NCBI GenBank assembly: GCA_964539825.1
Contig: CAZIKF010000024.1
Coordinates: 20,794-71,295, forward strand
DNA length: 50,502 nucleotides
Direction of reading: 5' to 3'
From: an uncultured bacterium
Lineage (GTDB): Bacteria; Muiribacteriota; UBA6191
The notes under the pieces were generated by a model, which saw nothing but the letters and a program-made list of their open reading frames with translations, searched no databases and was not told where the DNA came from. Shown here piece by piece: positions 29,616-40,299 of this stretch. A program made the translations under genes and the position numbers. Every line of letters begins with the position of its first letter. Within the stretch, counting starts at the first letter, position 1.

Positions 29616-30785
29616 ATGATGAGATTTATCAGAGTTCTTTTGATTAGTCTTCACAAGCGCTTCAGACTGGATCTGCGTGCCACTTTTGTCTTTGCTCTTG
29701 TCACGATTTGGCTTTGCATACCCAGGCTGGCTGCTTTGGAAGTTGAATCTGTTGGACTGAAGATTGAGCTCAGGCAACTGCATCAAATTTCACCCACTGA
29801 CCCTATTTCCTACCGAATTTTGCTCAGGCCAAAATTTCCCATCGCAGCGACGGTTGAATATGAACTGGAAGTAGAGAACGTTAAGATCAAGACGCCCAGG
29901 CAATACCAACTCTCCACCCTTAAGACCGGGACCAGGGAAGTATGGGAGCTTCAGTCAGAAAGAGGTTCCCTGTTTTCGACTTTTAGGGTGAGTATCAAAT
30001 CCATGCTGGGAGATCGAAAGATCATTGATCACCAGATTTTAGAGCTGGAGAGTGGCTCCCCAGGTCCTTTGCTTCTTGAGCATGCGGATCTGATGGCTTC
30101 CCACCTTGCGCGTGCCGTCAAGGGATCCTCCTCCCTGGTTTCTTCCTACAAGAAAGAGAGTCTCATTAACTCTTTGTTAGGATGGGCCTTAGTTACACTT
30201 GTTTTCCTTGGTATTTGTTACCGAAAAAGTCCTGAGAAGGAAAGCGCAGGACTTTTTGGCAGTCTCCTGGTCAAACTGTTTTTGGTTCTGGTCTTTCCTA
30301 TTCAATTCTATCTTGTTGAATCCTTTACCAGGGATGCTCATCTAGAGAGATCAGGTTGGGAGGTAACCCTCGCGAAAATCAGTAATATTCGTAAGGTTCC
30401 CGGTCTGGGAGTCTTTGTCGATTACAAGATTAAGGGATTGGATCAGACGCAGGTTGAGTATCTACCCTTTGAACCCAGTTTTACTGACCCGGTTATAAGG
30501 GCGCTTTATTGCATAGAGGATCCCGCTATCAATTCCATTTGGAAGCTCTATCGTTTCGAGGATACGGTCTATGTCGCTATCTTTTATCTCCTCGTGTTAG
30601 CGATATTGTATTTCAATGGTCATTACCTGGAGGCGGATAGCGAAAAGCTAAAGGGAAAGAACCTCCACATTCCCCATCTCCTCCTGCCTTTTACGCTCAT
30701 GTTTTTCGCGGGTCTTCTGGGGCTGTTTCTTTTGGAATACGGACAGATGCTCTGGCTGATCACCCTTGCCTACATGGCTGGTTGA
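29616..30785 (+). CDS. Hypothetical membrane protein
   Basis: 389 aa. N-terminal TM helix, an extracytoplasmic domain of about 170 aa, then several TM helices at the C-terminus. Confidence 0.45.
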   Translation: MMRFIRVLLISLHKRFRLDLRATFVFALVTIWLCIPRLAALEVESVGLKIELRQLHQISPTDPISYRILLRPKFPIAATVEYELEVENVKIKTPRQYQLSTLKTGTREVWELQSERGSLFSTFRVSIKSMLGDRKIIDHQILELESGSPGPLLLEHADLMASHLARAVKGSSSLVSSYKKESLINSLLGWALVTLVFLGICYRKSPEKESAGLFGSLLVKLFLVLVFPIQFYLVESFTRDAHLERSGWEVTLAKISNIRKVPGLGVFVDYKIKGLDQTQVEYLPFEPSFTDPVIRALYCIEDPAINSIWKLYRFEDTVYVAIFYLLVLAILYFNGHYLEADSEKLKGKNLHIPHLLLPFTLMFFAGLLGLFLLEYGQMLWLITLAYMAG

Positions 30786-30845
30786 ACAGTGATGTTGTAT
30801 GCTCTACTGTTCTTGGTTCCGTGAAATTCTCAGAAAGGGTCATCC

Positions 30846-32036
30846 ATGAAAGTTCTTGTCCTCAATAGCGGAAGTTCTAGCTTGAAGTTTGCACTTTGCG
30901 ATACCTCCACTGAGGAATGTCCAGTTCGGGGACAGGTGGATGCCCTTGGCCAGGACCACGCAGCTTTGAAATTTCAGGCTGGCCAAGACATTTATGAAAA
31001 AAAAGTACCTGGGGCCGACCACATAAAAGCCCTCGAGGAAATCTTGGAGTATTTTCAAGCCCAAAACATTGACAGTGATGATTTTGAGGCGATCGGGCAT
31101 CGAATCGTGCATGGTGGTGAAAAATTCGTGGAAGCAACTGTAATTGATGACGAGGTAATTGGAGCGATCAAAGACTGTATTAATTTGGCCCCTCTTCATA
31201 ATCCCGCTAACCTTATGGGAGTGGAGGTAGGCCGGAAGGTCTTTCCTGAGAAGCCCCAGGTGGCGGTATTTGATACCGCCTTTCATCAGACCATTCCTCC
31301 GATAGCCTACCGCTATTCGCTGCCCACCTACCTTTATGAGAGCCACGGTGTCCGCAAATATGGCTTTCACGGGACGTCACATCGCTATGTGGTCAATCAA
31401 GCCGCAAAAATGCTCAATAAGCCTCTATCCCGTTGCTGTTTCATCTCTGCCCACCTGGGCAATGGGTGTAGTGCTACTGCCGTAAAGTATGGCAATAGCG
31501 TAGACACCACCATGGGATTAACTCCCCTTGATGGCCTGGTCATGGGAACGCGATCAGGAAATGTTGATCCGGGACTTCATGAGTATTTGACCAGGATTAT
31601 GGGCTGGAATATTCACCAGATTAACGATGTTCTTAACAAAAAGTCGGGACTCTTGGGAATTTCAGGACTCAGTTCGGATATGCGAGAGATCACCACGGCA
31701 GCCAAAAATGGTCACCTGGGCGCTAAGCTGGCCGCTGAAGTTTTTTCCTACCATCTGGCTCAGTCCATTGCTTCACTTTCCATAAACTTCACCCACCTGG
31801 ATGCTCTGGTATTAACCGGGGGGATTGGTGAACATTCCACTACTGTGAGAGCCATGGCGATTCCTCTCTTGCAGATCCTGGGGTTTAGCCTGGATGTATT
31901 AAGAAATGAAGTGGACGGAAAGCATACCAGGGGGGTTATTACGATTGAGGGCTGGTCTCCCATGGCAATCATCGTGAAGACGAATGAAGAGCTTCAGATC
32001 GCACTTGATGTTGAAGCCTTGTTGGGATCGAAGTGA
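30846..32036 (+). CDS. ackA: Acetate kinase
   Basis: MKVLVLNSGSSSLKFAL, HRIVHGG, FDTAFHQT, HLGNGCS, VLTGGIGE. All the canonical acetate/propionate kinase motifs. Confidence 0.95.
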   Translation: MKVLVLNSGSSSLKFALCDTSTEECPVRGQVDALGQDHAALKFQAGQDIYEKKVPGADHIKALEEILEYFQAQNIDSDDFEAIGHRIVHGGEKFVEATVIDDEVIGAIKDCINLAPLHNPANLMGVEVGRKVFPEKPQVAVFDTAFHQTIPPIAYRYSLPTYLYESHGVRKYGFHGTSHRYVVNQAAKMLNKPLSRCCFISAHLGNGCSATAVKYGNSVDTTMGLTPLDGLVMGTRSGNVDPGLHEYLTRIMGWNIHQINDVLNKKSGLLGISGLSSDMREITTAAKNGHLGAKLAAEVFSYHLAQSIASLSINFTHLDALVLTGGIGEHSTTVRAMAIPLLQILGFSLDVLRNEVDGKHTRGVITIEGWSPMAIIVKTNEELQIALDVEALLGSK

Positions 32037-32109
32037 AAGAGCTCATGCCCCTTCCTTTGTAAGTCCTATTTGTTTTCGTGCTAGTATTACTGAAGGAGCG
32101 AGTTAATCG

Positions 32110-32685
32110 ATGATCGAACAGCGAATCTGTCCTGAGTGTAGCCTCCCGCTAGAATCCACTAACATCGGGGATGTGGAACTTGATTTCTGTAGTAGCTGTC
32201 AGGGAATTTGGTTCGATCACAACGAGTTAAAGAGCATTACACCTAAGAATTCGCAAAGTCCGCCCGAATTCTCTGGTCTCTTATCCCGTTCTTTGAAATC
32301 TGTTGACAACAGAAAGAGGAATTGCCCTTCCTGCCAGTCTCTTATGAGTGTGAAGCAGCGGCATGGAGTGGAGTTGGACCTTTGCCAGCGGTGTGGAGGA
32401 ATTTGGCTCGATGGGGGAGAGCTTAGAATTGTTCTTGAAACCTTACAGCAGGAAAAAATCCGCCTTGAAAAAGTAGATTTAGCGACCCGTAAAGTTTTGG
32501 ATAAAGATCTGGGGGTAAAACCGGGAAGTCCCCGACCAGCACTCGCCCACGACCCTTCCCTTGATCCGGAACACATCATGGGTCCTATGCACCGAGGAGT
32601 CTCTCGACCCACAGTTCAAGCAGGTCTCCTGGAGGTGGGTATGGAAACTCTGAGTGCACTGTTCTATAGTATTTTGGATCCCTGA
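32110..32685 (+). CDS. Protein with two TFIIB-type zinc-ribbon modules and a Pro/Asp-rich tail
   Basis: CPECS..(18)..CSSCQGIWFDHNEL and CPSCQ..(16)..CQRCGGIWLDGGEL duplicated modules. Confidence 0.5.
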   Translation: MIEQRICPECSLPLESTNIGDVELDFCSSCQGIWFDHNELKSITPKNSQSPPEFSGLLSRSLKSVDNRKRNCPSCQSLMSVKQRHGVELDLCQRCGGIWLDGGELRIVLETLQQEKIRLEKVDLATRKVLDKDLGVKPGSPRPALAHDPSLDPEHIMGPMHRGVSRPTVQAGLLEVGMETLSALFYSILDP

Positions 32686-32810
32686 TTCATCGCCCTGAAG
32701 TAAATCAGAAAAACTCATTTACCCCCTTCTTACCAGTTAAGAGAGATTTGCGGGATCGAGAGATTTTGAGTAGGATTTCCACAGTGTCCCTTTAAATTCC
32801 CGGCCTGACG

Positions 32811-33764
32811 ATGGATTCTGATCTTCAAGAAATATTAGTAGAGCTTCGATCTACTGATTGGGAGCAGAAGCTACGGGATTGTAAAACTCGGAAGATTAGA
32901 GATCAGGTGGCTGAGGCATCTGAAAAGGACTCCAAATTTGATTCCTTTGAACAGCTGCCTGATCAAATCAAACACACTGTTCATAAAAGAGTTGGTTGGA
33001 CATCCCTGGGTTTCTTACTCTTCTTTATCGCGGTTGTCATGGGAATTGGAGTTCAAGGATTTACCTACACCGAATTCGCAGGAATTTTTATCATGTATTT
33101 CATTTTTATAAGCTGGTTCACAGGAAAGGTGACCCGGATGACCCTGGAGAAGACCAATAAAAGGAGGTTGGAAGAAGCTATGGAGGAGTTGGCACTAAAC
33201 CCGGGAGGGGTTTTTGGACCAAAGGATTTACTCCAATTTTGGAAAGATGAAGTTCAAGCTAACCTTAACAACCTCAGCTCCAAGGTTGAGGGAAGGCTGA
33301 CAGAGGTCACTTCAACTATGACTGAATGTGAGGCTATTCAAACTGACCTCAAGAATTTTGAAGAAGTTCATACTCCAGAGGCAACCCTGGCTCAGCTTCA
33401 GGAAAAAGTTTCTCAACTAAAAATAATCAAAGATGAAGCAAAGAAGGTTTCTCAAATAATCCTGACAGTTCGAAATGGGTTCGCGGAAAAGATCGCGCAG
33501 CTAGAGAAGTTAATAGGGCTCCAAGAGCAAAAGGAAAAGGAAGCATTAGAAAAGAAGAGGAAGTTAGAGGATACCCAGGAGAGGATTCAAGAGCTAAACC
33601 TTAAGATCTCAAAAGTGTTGGGAGATTCAAATCTACAATTGGACAGGTGGGAAGAGGATAAGGACCAGGTCAGGGTGGAGCTTCAGGCACTGATGATCTC
33701 TTTCGAAAACCAGCTACTAGAGGCAAAGAGCTATGTACAAGCTCAATTGGAGTTAGGAATCTGA
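32811..33764 (+). CDS. Membrane-anchored coiled-coil protein
   Basis: Two TM helices near residues 60-105, then about 200 aa with strong heptad and charged K/E periodicity. Confidence 0.45.
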   Translation: MDSDLQEILVELRSTDWEQKLRDCKTRKIRDQVAEASEKDSKFDSFEQLPDQIKHTVHKRVGWTSLGFLLFFIAVVMGIGVQGFTYTEFAGIFIMYFIFISWFTGKVTRMTLEKTNKRRLEEAMEELALNPGGVFGPKDLLQFWKDEVQANLNNLSSKVEGRLTEVTSTMTECEAIQTDLKNFEEVHTPEATLAQLQEKVSQLKIIKDEAKKVSQIILTVRNGFAEKIAQLEKLIGLQEQKEKEALEKKRKLEDTQERIQELNLKISKVLGDSNLQLDRWEEDKDQVRVELQALMISFENQLLEAKSYVQAQLELGI

Positions 33765-33836
33765 GTGTCAACTTCTCTACTCCCCATCTCTGAAATCTAA
33801 AAAGCCAGTAAATCTTAAGGAAGCCTTTAGGGAGCT

Positions 33837-34898
33837 ATGAAACCAGGTCTAAATCCAAGTTCTAAACAGATCTCCGGGGGTGGACCGATCCTGATATACC
33901 TCTTGGTTTTCTGTGGGATGTTTTTTTCAGAGGGTGTGATTTTTAATGTGAAATTAATCCAGACTCTTTGGATCAAACAGCCACTACTTGTTCTCCCAGG
34001 TATCCTCGGTACGCATGTTGCCTATGGAATCATGCTGATTTACTGTTTTGATCTGGTTCTTCGCCATGGATTCCAGAGTTTTAAGGGAATCTATCTGACA
34101 GGATGCATTTATGGATTGATCAATGAAGGAATTTTTGCGGATCTGATTTTCAAACCCGGGTTCCTACCTTCCAGTATAGGACTTTCAGTAGATCGACTCC
34201 TGTTTCCCGCATTGTCCTGGCATCCCCTTCTCGACTTCGTACTCGTGTGGTGGATGGTGAATCGTCTCTTGTCCGGTAGACTAGGGCTAGAACGAAAAAT
34301 TCCATCGCTCAAGGGTATATTCTTTATGGGATTCTTTTGCCTTTACTGGCATCTCTGGAGCCATTCCCTCATTTTAAAAAACCTGCTTCCTGATGGAATT
34401 CTTCCCGAAATCAGAGTGCTTTGGATCTTATACCCAATTTGCACCCTGGCAGTTCTCTTGGCTCTAATGAATGGCAAAAGCTTTGTTTTGAAGCCCATAC
34501 TGACGCATCGCGTCCGTTTGGGTATGACCCTATTGTTGGGGCTTCTTTTTATTCTACGGGCGGTGATGATCGCAAGTCCCATCCCCCTCCTTTCTTTCCT
34601 ACTTATTCTGTTTCTGGTCTGGATTTCTTCCACACAATACCAGGAAGGAGTGCCATTGAAGATAGAATCTAGCCCCCTTGCAATCAGCAGATCAAACCTG
34701 GCTTTGAGCTCTTTTTTTATCTTGGTATTTATGACCTTTCTATCGCTTAACTGTTCCAGTGGAAAATGGCTATTCGTGTGGGAAAAATTGGGAGCAATCC
34801 TGATACTGATGTGGTTGATCATATCTGCGGTACTATTTCTGTTTGTCCTTCTTATGAGTCTCAAAAAATGGCTTCAATCCAGGCTTTTGAGTCCCTGA
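33837..34898 (+). CDS. Polytopic membrane protein (hypothetical)
   Basis: 353 aa with about 9 predicted TM helices. Confidence 0.45.
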   Translation: MKPGLNPSSKQISGGGPILIYLLVFCGMFFSEGVIFNVKLIQTLWIKQPLLVLPGILGTHVAYGIMLIYCFDLVLRHGFQSFKGIYLTGCIYGLINEGIFADLIFKPGFLPSSIGLSVDRLLFPALSWHPLLDFVLVWWMVNRLLSGRLGLERKIPSLKGIFFMGFFCLYWHLWSHSLILKNLLPDGILPEIRVLWILYPICTLAVLLALMNGKSFVLKPILTHRVRLGMTLLLGLLFILRAVMIASPIPLLSFLLILFLVWISSTQYQEGVPLKIESSPLAISRSNLALSSFFILVFMTFLSLNCSSGKWLFVWEKLGAILILMWLIISAVLFLFVLLMSLKKWLQSRLLSP

Positions 34899-35017
34899 AA
34901 GTCTCTCTAACTTTGATTCAAAGGTTGTTTCGCTTCGTTTCTATCGATTCATAATTGGTTCTTTCAAGGCCTTAAGAATTGGGTAAATGGCAACCTCCGA
35001 GTTAGACTTCAATCCTG

Positions 35018-35992
35018 ATGTATAGATATATGAAAAACAGGGGTCTTTTCGGCTTTCGAGTCGCAGGCCCTATAGGACTCGTTCTCCTGGCAGTCTTCCT
35101 GGGAATCTGGTTTGACACCAGGCGAATGAGTTCCTTTTGTTTTAGCGAAGCTCTATCTGAATCTCCAGACTGTCCAAGAGGATACCGAAGAATGAGGCTT
35201 GGACACTCAAAGTCATCCCTCGCTAACGATCCATATTTCCATGGAATTCTAAAGATTTATAAATCCATAGAGGGAAAGAAATATCCAGATGATTCAGAGA
35301 GTTTCTTGTTTGACGACGGCACAAATGAGTCCCTTGGAAAGGCTTTAAAGGAGCTTTCAAGTTTTGATCCCCTGGATTTTCTTCAGGAAGAAGGTGCTCA
35401 GGAAATCACAGCGGATTTTCGCAAGGCACGGTTGGTTTTGAGTCTGACCAGGCATCACCTTAAATCCGGTGGCAGCATCCCGATCGACCCCGTACTTTTC
35501 TGTAAGGGTCTACTCAACTTCATTGCTCACGTAGATCGGCAGGATGCAATCCTCGTTGAATTAATGGTTGGGATTAGTTTGCGAAGTAAATTCCTTGAGA
35601 TTTTGAATCTCCTTAAGCAGAAGGTAGAGTTAGATTTGAATGCGAAGAACCAAATTAGAAGAGCACTTGAGGATAGCGTCAAGCTTCGCTCCACACTGGC
35701 TGCCACATTAAAATATGAAGAGTCGCAGACTCTGGAATTACTTAGGGTAGTGAAGAGAAAATTTCCAATTGCCTACCTGAATTTGTACCTTTTTAAGGGA
35801 GATCCGGTAACCCAGTTAAAAGAGATATATCGAGATCCCAAAGCGACGGGAGAAAAGATTAAAGCAAAAAAATTCGATTTTAATTCCCTCCATCCTCTGG
35901 TGATCACAGCAGTCCCCAACTTCTCACAAGCAAATACCAAATACGAGAAATATCTGCAAACGGAAGAACAATGGAAGTTAAGACTGCGATAG
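35018..35992 (+). CDS. Hypothetical protein with N-terminal TM anchor
   Basis: 324 aa, no motif recognised. Confidence 0.45.
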   Translation: MYRYMKNRGLFGFRVAGPIGLVLLAVFLGIWFDTRRMSSFCFSEALSESPDCPRGYRRMRLGHSKSSLANDPYFHGILKIYKSIEGKKYPDDSESFLFDDGTNESLGKALKELSSFDPLDFLQEEGAQEITADFRKARLVLSLTRHHLKSGGSIPIDPVLFCKGLLNFIAHVDRQDAILVELMVGISLRSKFLEILNLLKQKVELDLNAKNQIRRALEDSVKLRSTLAATLKYEESQTLELLRVVKRKFPIAYLNLYLFKGDPVTQLKEIYRDPKATGEKIKAKKFDFNSLHPLVITAVPNFSQANTKYEKYLQTEEQWKLRLR

Positions 35993-36062
35993 CGTCCCAC
36001 ACATCCAGGGATTGAAAGGAAAACTCTCAAATCCCACAATTGGAATTTCACTTCTATTCTGC

Positions 36063-36854
36063 TCAGGAAAAAAAATTAAGAATCATCGTTGAGAACATCG
36101 AATATACAAGCCAGACCCAGGGTAGGAGAAAGCATAAGATCGCGAGCATACCTACAAATCCACCCATGGTAATTGGTATGTGGAACTTGGATTTCCAGGT
36201 CAGCTTGAGTGATTTCTTAGGAGGTTGTTTAGGTGCTGGTTTTCTTGGTTTGGCTACCGGTTTTATAGCAGGTTCAGGCTCTTCTGCTGATTCATAAACC
36301 ACGAACCCCTCGTGTGGTTGTGGTTTCGGCCGGACCTCTGGGGGTGGCTTGGGCCGGGAAGGTCTCAAAGGCTGCACGATAGCTTTTCGGAGTTCAATTC
36401 CATCTACGGAAAAGGAGTCTGCCAAAATGTTCGCGGTGGATTCAGTCTTTTCCTTCCTTACTTCTGGTCTTTCTTCTATGGGGGGTTGAGTAGTTTCTAA
36501 CAGGGGCTGCCCCACCTGAAAGGAGGACGCTAGGATGCTAACTGCAGAATCATCTATCTCGCTGTCAAAATCCTGTCCTTCAAGAGCTGACTGATCACCT
36601 GGTTCCAGCTCCGAATGCGTAATTGAGTCCTCGGAATCTGGCTGAGTTGGCATTTCGATGTGATGTCTTTGTGCCACCCATTCATGAATACTCTTGCAGT
36701 ACTTGATCCAGCGATCAGAAGAGTGCGGATTTACAATTTCATGCTGCAGGAAAGATAAAAAAGAGTTCGCGTCGAGATTCGGTTCAGCCGCGGCCAGCCT
36801 TAAGAGTTCAGCCTTTTTGACCTCATTGGTCTCAACTGAGATTTGCCGATGCAT
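36063..36854 (-). CDS. Proline-rich, C-terminally tail-anchored hypothetical protein
   Basis: Soluble N-terminal domain, Pro/Lys-rich linker (PSRPKPPPEVRPKPQP...KPVAKPRKPAPKQPPKK), and a single C-terminal TM helix. Confidence 0.45.
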   Translation of the reverse strand: MHRQISVETNEVKKAELLRLAAAEPNLDANSFLSFLQHEIVNPHSSDRWIKYCKSIHEWVAQRHHIEMPTQPDSEDSITHSELEPGDQSALEGQDFDSEIDDSAVSILASSFQVGQPLLETTQPPIEERPEVRKEKTESTANILADSFSVDGIELRKAIVQPLRPSRPKPPPEVRPKPQPHEGFVVYESAEEPEPAIKPVAKPRKPAPKQPPKKSLKLTWKSKFHIPITMGGFVGMLAILCFLLPWVWLVYSMFSTMILNFFS

Positions 36855-37051
36855 TTCCTATCCCATTTAGTAAAACTGTGAGCCCCCTATTTATAATCAT
36901 AACCCAATAAATTAATAAGTCAGTCCCCTTTTTATCGGCTTTTCGATTCCACTAATTTCTAAGGTAAATTGTGAAGGTCAGAGGTTCATGGTAGTTTTAC
37001 ACTTCTGGGTGTCCACCCCAGCAATCGGTATTAAGAATTCATGGGATTGGG

Positions 37052-37900
37052 ATGGGTATGAAGCAAGTTGAGAATATTTTTAGTCCAGAAACCCTGGAGC
37101 AAATTAAATTAGCGATAACTGCTTATGGTCTGAAAATCCTGGGTGCCCTGGCTGTTTTCTTCGTGGGTAAATGGATCGCAAGAGTCCTGTCAAACCTGGC
37201 TGCTACAATTCTTGAGAAGTCCCATGTAGACGAGACCTTTTCCCAGTTCATGGCAAACCTCATCTATTACGGGTTGTTGATAGTGGTGATTCTAACAACT
37301 CTGGCTCAACTGGGAGTTCAAACGACTTCTTTTCTCGCGATTCTTGGATCCGCTGGTTTGGCGATTGGGCTTGCTCTGCAAGGCTCCCTGGGTAATTTTG
37401 CCGCTGGAGTTCTCTTGATTATTTTTCGTCCTTTTCAAGTTGGAGAATACATTGAAGGGGCGGGGGTTGGGGGAACAGTCCATGAAATCAAGCTCTTAGT
37501 GACCCAATTGAATACCCCCGATAACAAGGTGTTGTTCGTTCCGAATGGAAAACTCATGGGTGATAACATCACAAACTATTCACGCAATCCAACCAGGCGT
37601 TGTGACATGATCCTGGGTGTTTCCTATGACGATGATATCGATAGGGTACGCGCCATCATCGAGGATGTCTTAGGTAAAGAAGAGAGAATTTTAGAAGAGC
37701 CTGAACCAATTGTGGGATTAATTGAGTTTGGAGAGAGCAGTGTGAATTTTACGGTTCGGCCATGGGTCAATACTTCTGATTTTCTCACGACAAAAATGGA
37801 CTTGCTCGCTGAATTTAAAAGGCGATTTGATACAGAAGGAATCTCCATCCCCTATCCCCAACAGGATATCCATTTGCACCAGGTCAAAGCGGGGTCTTAA
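37052..37900 (+). CDS. Small-conductance mechanosensitive channel (MscS family)
   Basis: Three N-terminal TM helices, the MscS pore-lining 'GSAGLAIGLALQGSL.NFAAG' motif, and a beta-barrel C-terminal domain. Confidence 0.85.
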   Translation: MGMKQVENIFSPETLEQIKLAITAYGLKILGALAVFFVGKWIARVLSNLAATILEKSHVDETFSQFMANLIYYGLLIVVILTTLAQLGVQTTSFLAILGSAGLAIGLALQGSLGNFAAGVLLIIFRPFQVGEYIEGAGVGGTVHEIKLLVTQLNTPDNKVLFVPNGKLMGDNITNYSRNPTRRCDMILGVSYDDDIDRVRAIIEDVLGKEERILEEPEPIVGLIEFGESSVNFTVRPWVNTSDFLTTKMDLLAEFKRRFDTEGISIPYPQQDIHLHQVKAGS

Positions 37901-38384
37901 GTGAGCGGCGAACGAACGGGTCCTTCCCTTATTATTCTGCCTGACTGCTTCGCTGCGCAAGGGTCAAAACGAGGGAAATACAGAGCAAGACAAATGCTGC
38001 GGAGCTCACTTTTCCTGACTCTACTACACTTTGATATCGATTCGAGTACCAATTCCTTCAGGACGTAAATCATTTCCAGGGGAATTAAGAGTGACACTCT
38101 GCAATTGTTCCCCCGGAGTTTGGATTGCCACCTGCGGCTTGTTTACTTCCTGAATTTGAGGTGATAGGAGAGAATCTCCGCAATCTCCGATTGCTGCCAT
38201 TTAAGGTTCCTTCTGTATTTGGAAATCCCTGCCCAAGAAATTCCGATTTAGTAACGCTCTCCTCTATAGCATAGGGTAGTGGGATGGTTTGGTGAACCCT
38301 CGCGGCCGAAAACTATGAGAAAGGGATTCAAAAATCTAAGAACCAGCCTTCTTTCTATGCTTTCTAAAATGGGTACAGCTTCTA

Positions 38385-38972
38385 TTAACTGCCGGAAAGC
38401 GCTTTTGTCACTGCTTCTCTTAAGATGGGTAATACTTCTTCTCCAAACCATGAATTTTTTCTAATCCAGAGGGTATTTCTCGGTGAAGGATGAGGTGTAG
38501 GGATGTAAAGCGGACCATAATCGCGAAAGTGCCTGACAGTTTCGGTGAGACTTTTCTTGCGTCTGTCTTTGAGGTGATAGGCCTGAGCGTATTGACCAAC
38601 GAGTAAGGTTAGCACGACATTTGGGAGTAGATTCAATAAATTGTGCATCCAGAGCTCGCTACATTCCTTTCTGGGTGGGAGATCACCTGATCTGCCCTTT
38701 CCCGGGTAACAAAATCCCATGGGTATGATCGCGATCTTCTTGTCATCGTAGAATACATCCTTATCGATTCCCATCCACTCTCTTAACCGATTACCGCTTG
38801 GATCATTCCAGGGGATTGAAGTCTTGTGCACCCGTGTCCCAGGGGCCTGTCCAACAATGAGAATTTTCGAAGTCTTTTGAGCAAAGAGGATTGGATTGGG
38901 ACCCAGGGGCAATTCCTTCTCACACGCTCTACAGGCCCTGACTTCCTGCAATAGAGATTCCAATTGATCCAT
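38385..38972 (-). CDS. Uracil-DNA glycosylase family protein (family 4/5-like)
   Basis: GQAPG (cf. GEAPG motif A) and the C-terminal HPSPRN (cf. HPSPLN motif B), at the right spacing for a UDG fold. Confidence 0.7.
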   Translation of the reverse strand: MDQLESLLQEVRACRACEKELPLGPNPILFAQKTSKILIVGQAPGTRVHKTSIPWNDPSGNRLREWMGIDKDVFYDDKKIAIIPMGFCYPGKGRSGDLPPRKECSELWMHNLLNLLPNVVLTLLVGQYAQAYHLKDRRKKSLTETVRHFRDYGPLYIPTPHPSPRNTLWIRKNSWFGEEVLPILREAVTKALSGS

Positions 38973-39024
38973 ATGAATGCCAGCTCGAAAAGTAGCCTAT
39001 CCCCTTCTCCTTTGCGATGAAAGA

Positions 39025-39492
39025 TTAAACCAGACTTAACCTGAACTTTAGAAGAAGCTTCTGTAGAACCCAGGCGGGACCAATCAGTAGAAAAAAAAGA
39101 TCCTGGAAAAAGGAGGGTTTTTTCCCCTCCCACTTGTGACCGATGAATTGACCGATCCAGGAGAGAATAAAAATAATGGAGCATACGGGAATCAAACTAT
39201 CGGGACGCGCGGAATGCCAAGCCCATAGAAGATAGAAATTAACAAAGAAATAGAGTCCCATGGCCATGAATAGCTTGAAAGAGAATTTGAGGTAGAACAA
39301 CAGACTTAGTGAGATGACCATAAGACAGCCATTCAGCCACGGTTTCTCAAGCCCCGGGATCGGTACAACATAAAGTAGCCCGGCAATGGAGAAAACAATC
39401 AGAGGAACGCAAACAAAGTGCATCCGCTGGTTCGCGGGGTTCTGGTGTGACTCCTGGTAAGTGGAAAACCAGTCAGCGATAGATGAACTCAT
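39025..39492 (-). CDS. DUF962/Mpo1-like membrane protein
   Basis: W...Y...HQNPANQRMHFVCVPLIVFS is the characteristic Mpo1/YGL010w N-terminal motif. 4 TM, 155 aa. Confidence 0.6.
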   Translation of the reverse strand: MSSSIADWFSTYQESHQNPANQRMHFVCVPLIVFSIAGLLYVVPIPGLEKPWLNGCLMVISLSLLFYLKFSFKLFMAMGLYFFVNFYLLWAWHSARPDSLIPVCSIIFILSWIGQFIGHKWEGKKPSFFQDLFFLLIGPAWVLQKLLLKFRLSLV

Positions 39493-39594
39493 TTTGAATT
39501 CTCCCTGTGAATTTCTCTATTTTATCAGGCAGTAAAGCAGCGTGTCGCTTTGATCTTTTGAGAAGTATGTGTGAGCCCTGAAATGAATGGAATA

Positions 39595-40299
39595 CTAGTA
39601 GGTGTCTTGTACCAGGTCAAAGAGCCTATCTTTGACTGATTGGCCCGTACTTTTTTCCACGAGTGGGGATCCGTGACACACAAGCAGACAGTTTGGTGGA
39701 AATTTGATGAGATGCTCCAGCATCCACTTTTTGTATTCCCCTCGCTTCAGGACAAAAATATGCTTGAAGAGTCTCGAAATTCGAAGCCCCGGGGCAGCAC
39801 CGCAAATCTTCAAAAATGCTCGCACGAGAAGCTTGCTCGGCAGCCTCTGTATATTAAAAAAGGAATCTCCAGTGATCCACAGACGTTTTCCATGTTCCTC
39901 TACCATCACTAGCAACTCACCATTTCTGGTGGAGGGTAGTTTAAAAACCTGTACATGATCAGGTAATAAGGGGGTTAACTGAGAAACTGGCTCCAGGCAT
40001 TGTCCCTTTTCCTGAAACTTTTCTAGAAAACTTCCATGACCAAAGCACCTGGCCCCGCCAAAAAACCTTTTCCATCTCGCAATACCCATATGATGAAAGA
40101 TGTTGGGTGCAACTAAGAAGAGGTTTCCATTTGGAGTGAGTTGATCAGGAAGTGCTGGTGGAACGAGATTCGTGCCGGGGGATATAACCAGTAAGTCCTT
40201 CTCGTTTAGTCGCACAAAGAACTGATTCGATTCACCAGCACCTGCGGGATAGCTGCCATACCAACAACATTCAAAACCCTCTAATTTATGAATTTCCAT
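39595..40299 (-). CDS. Hypothetical protein
   Basis: 234 aa, soluble, His/Cys scattered, no confident family. Possibly an MBL-fold-like DUF. Confidence 0.4.
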   Translation of the reverse strand: MEIHKLEGFECCWYGSYPAGAGESNQFFVRLNEKDLLVISPGTNLVPPALPDQLTPNGNLFLVAPNIFHHMGIARWKRFFGGARCFGHGSFLEKFQEKGQCLEPVSQLTPLLPDHVQVFKLPSTRNGELLVMVEEHGKRLWITGDSFFNIQRLPSKLLVRAFLKICGAAPGLRISRLFKHIFVLKRGEYKKWMLEHLIKFPPNCLLVCHGSPLVEKSTGQSVKDRLFDLVQDTY

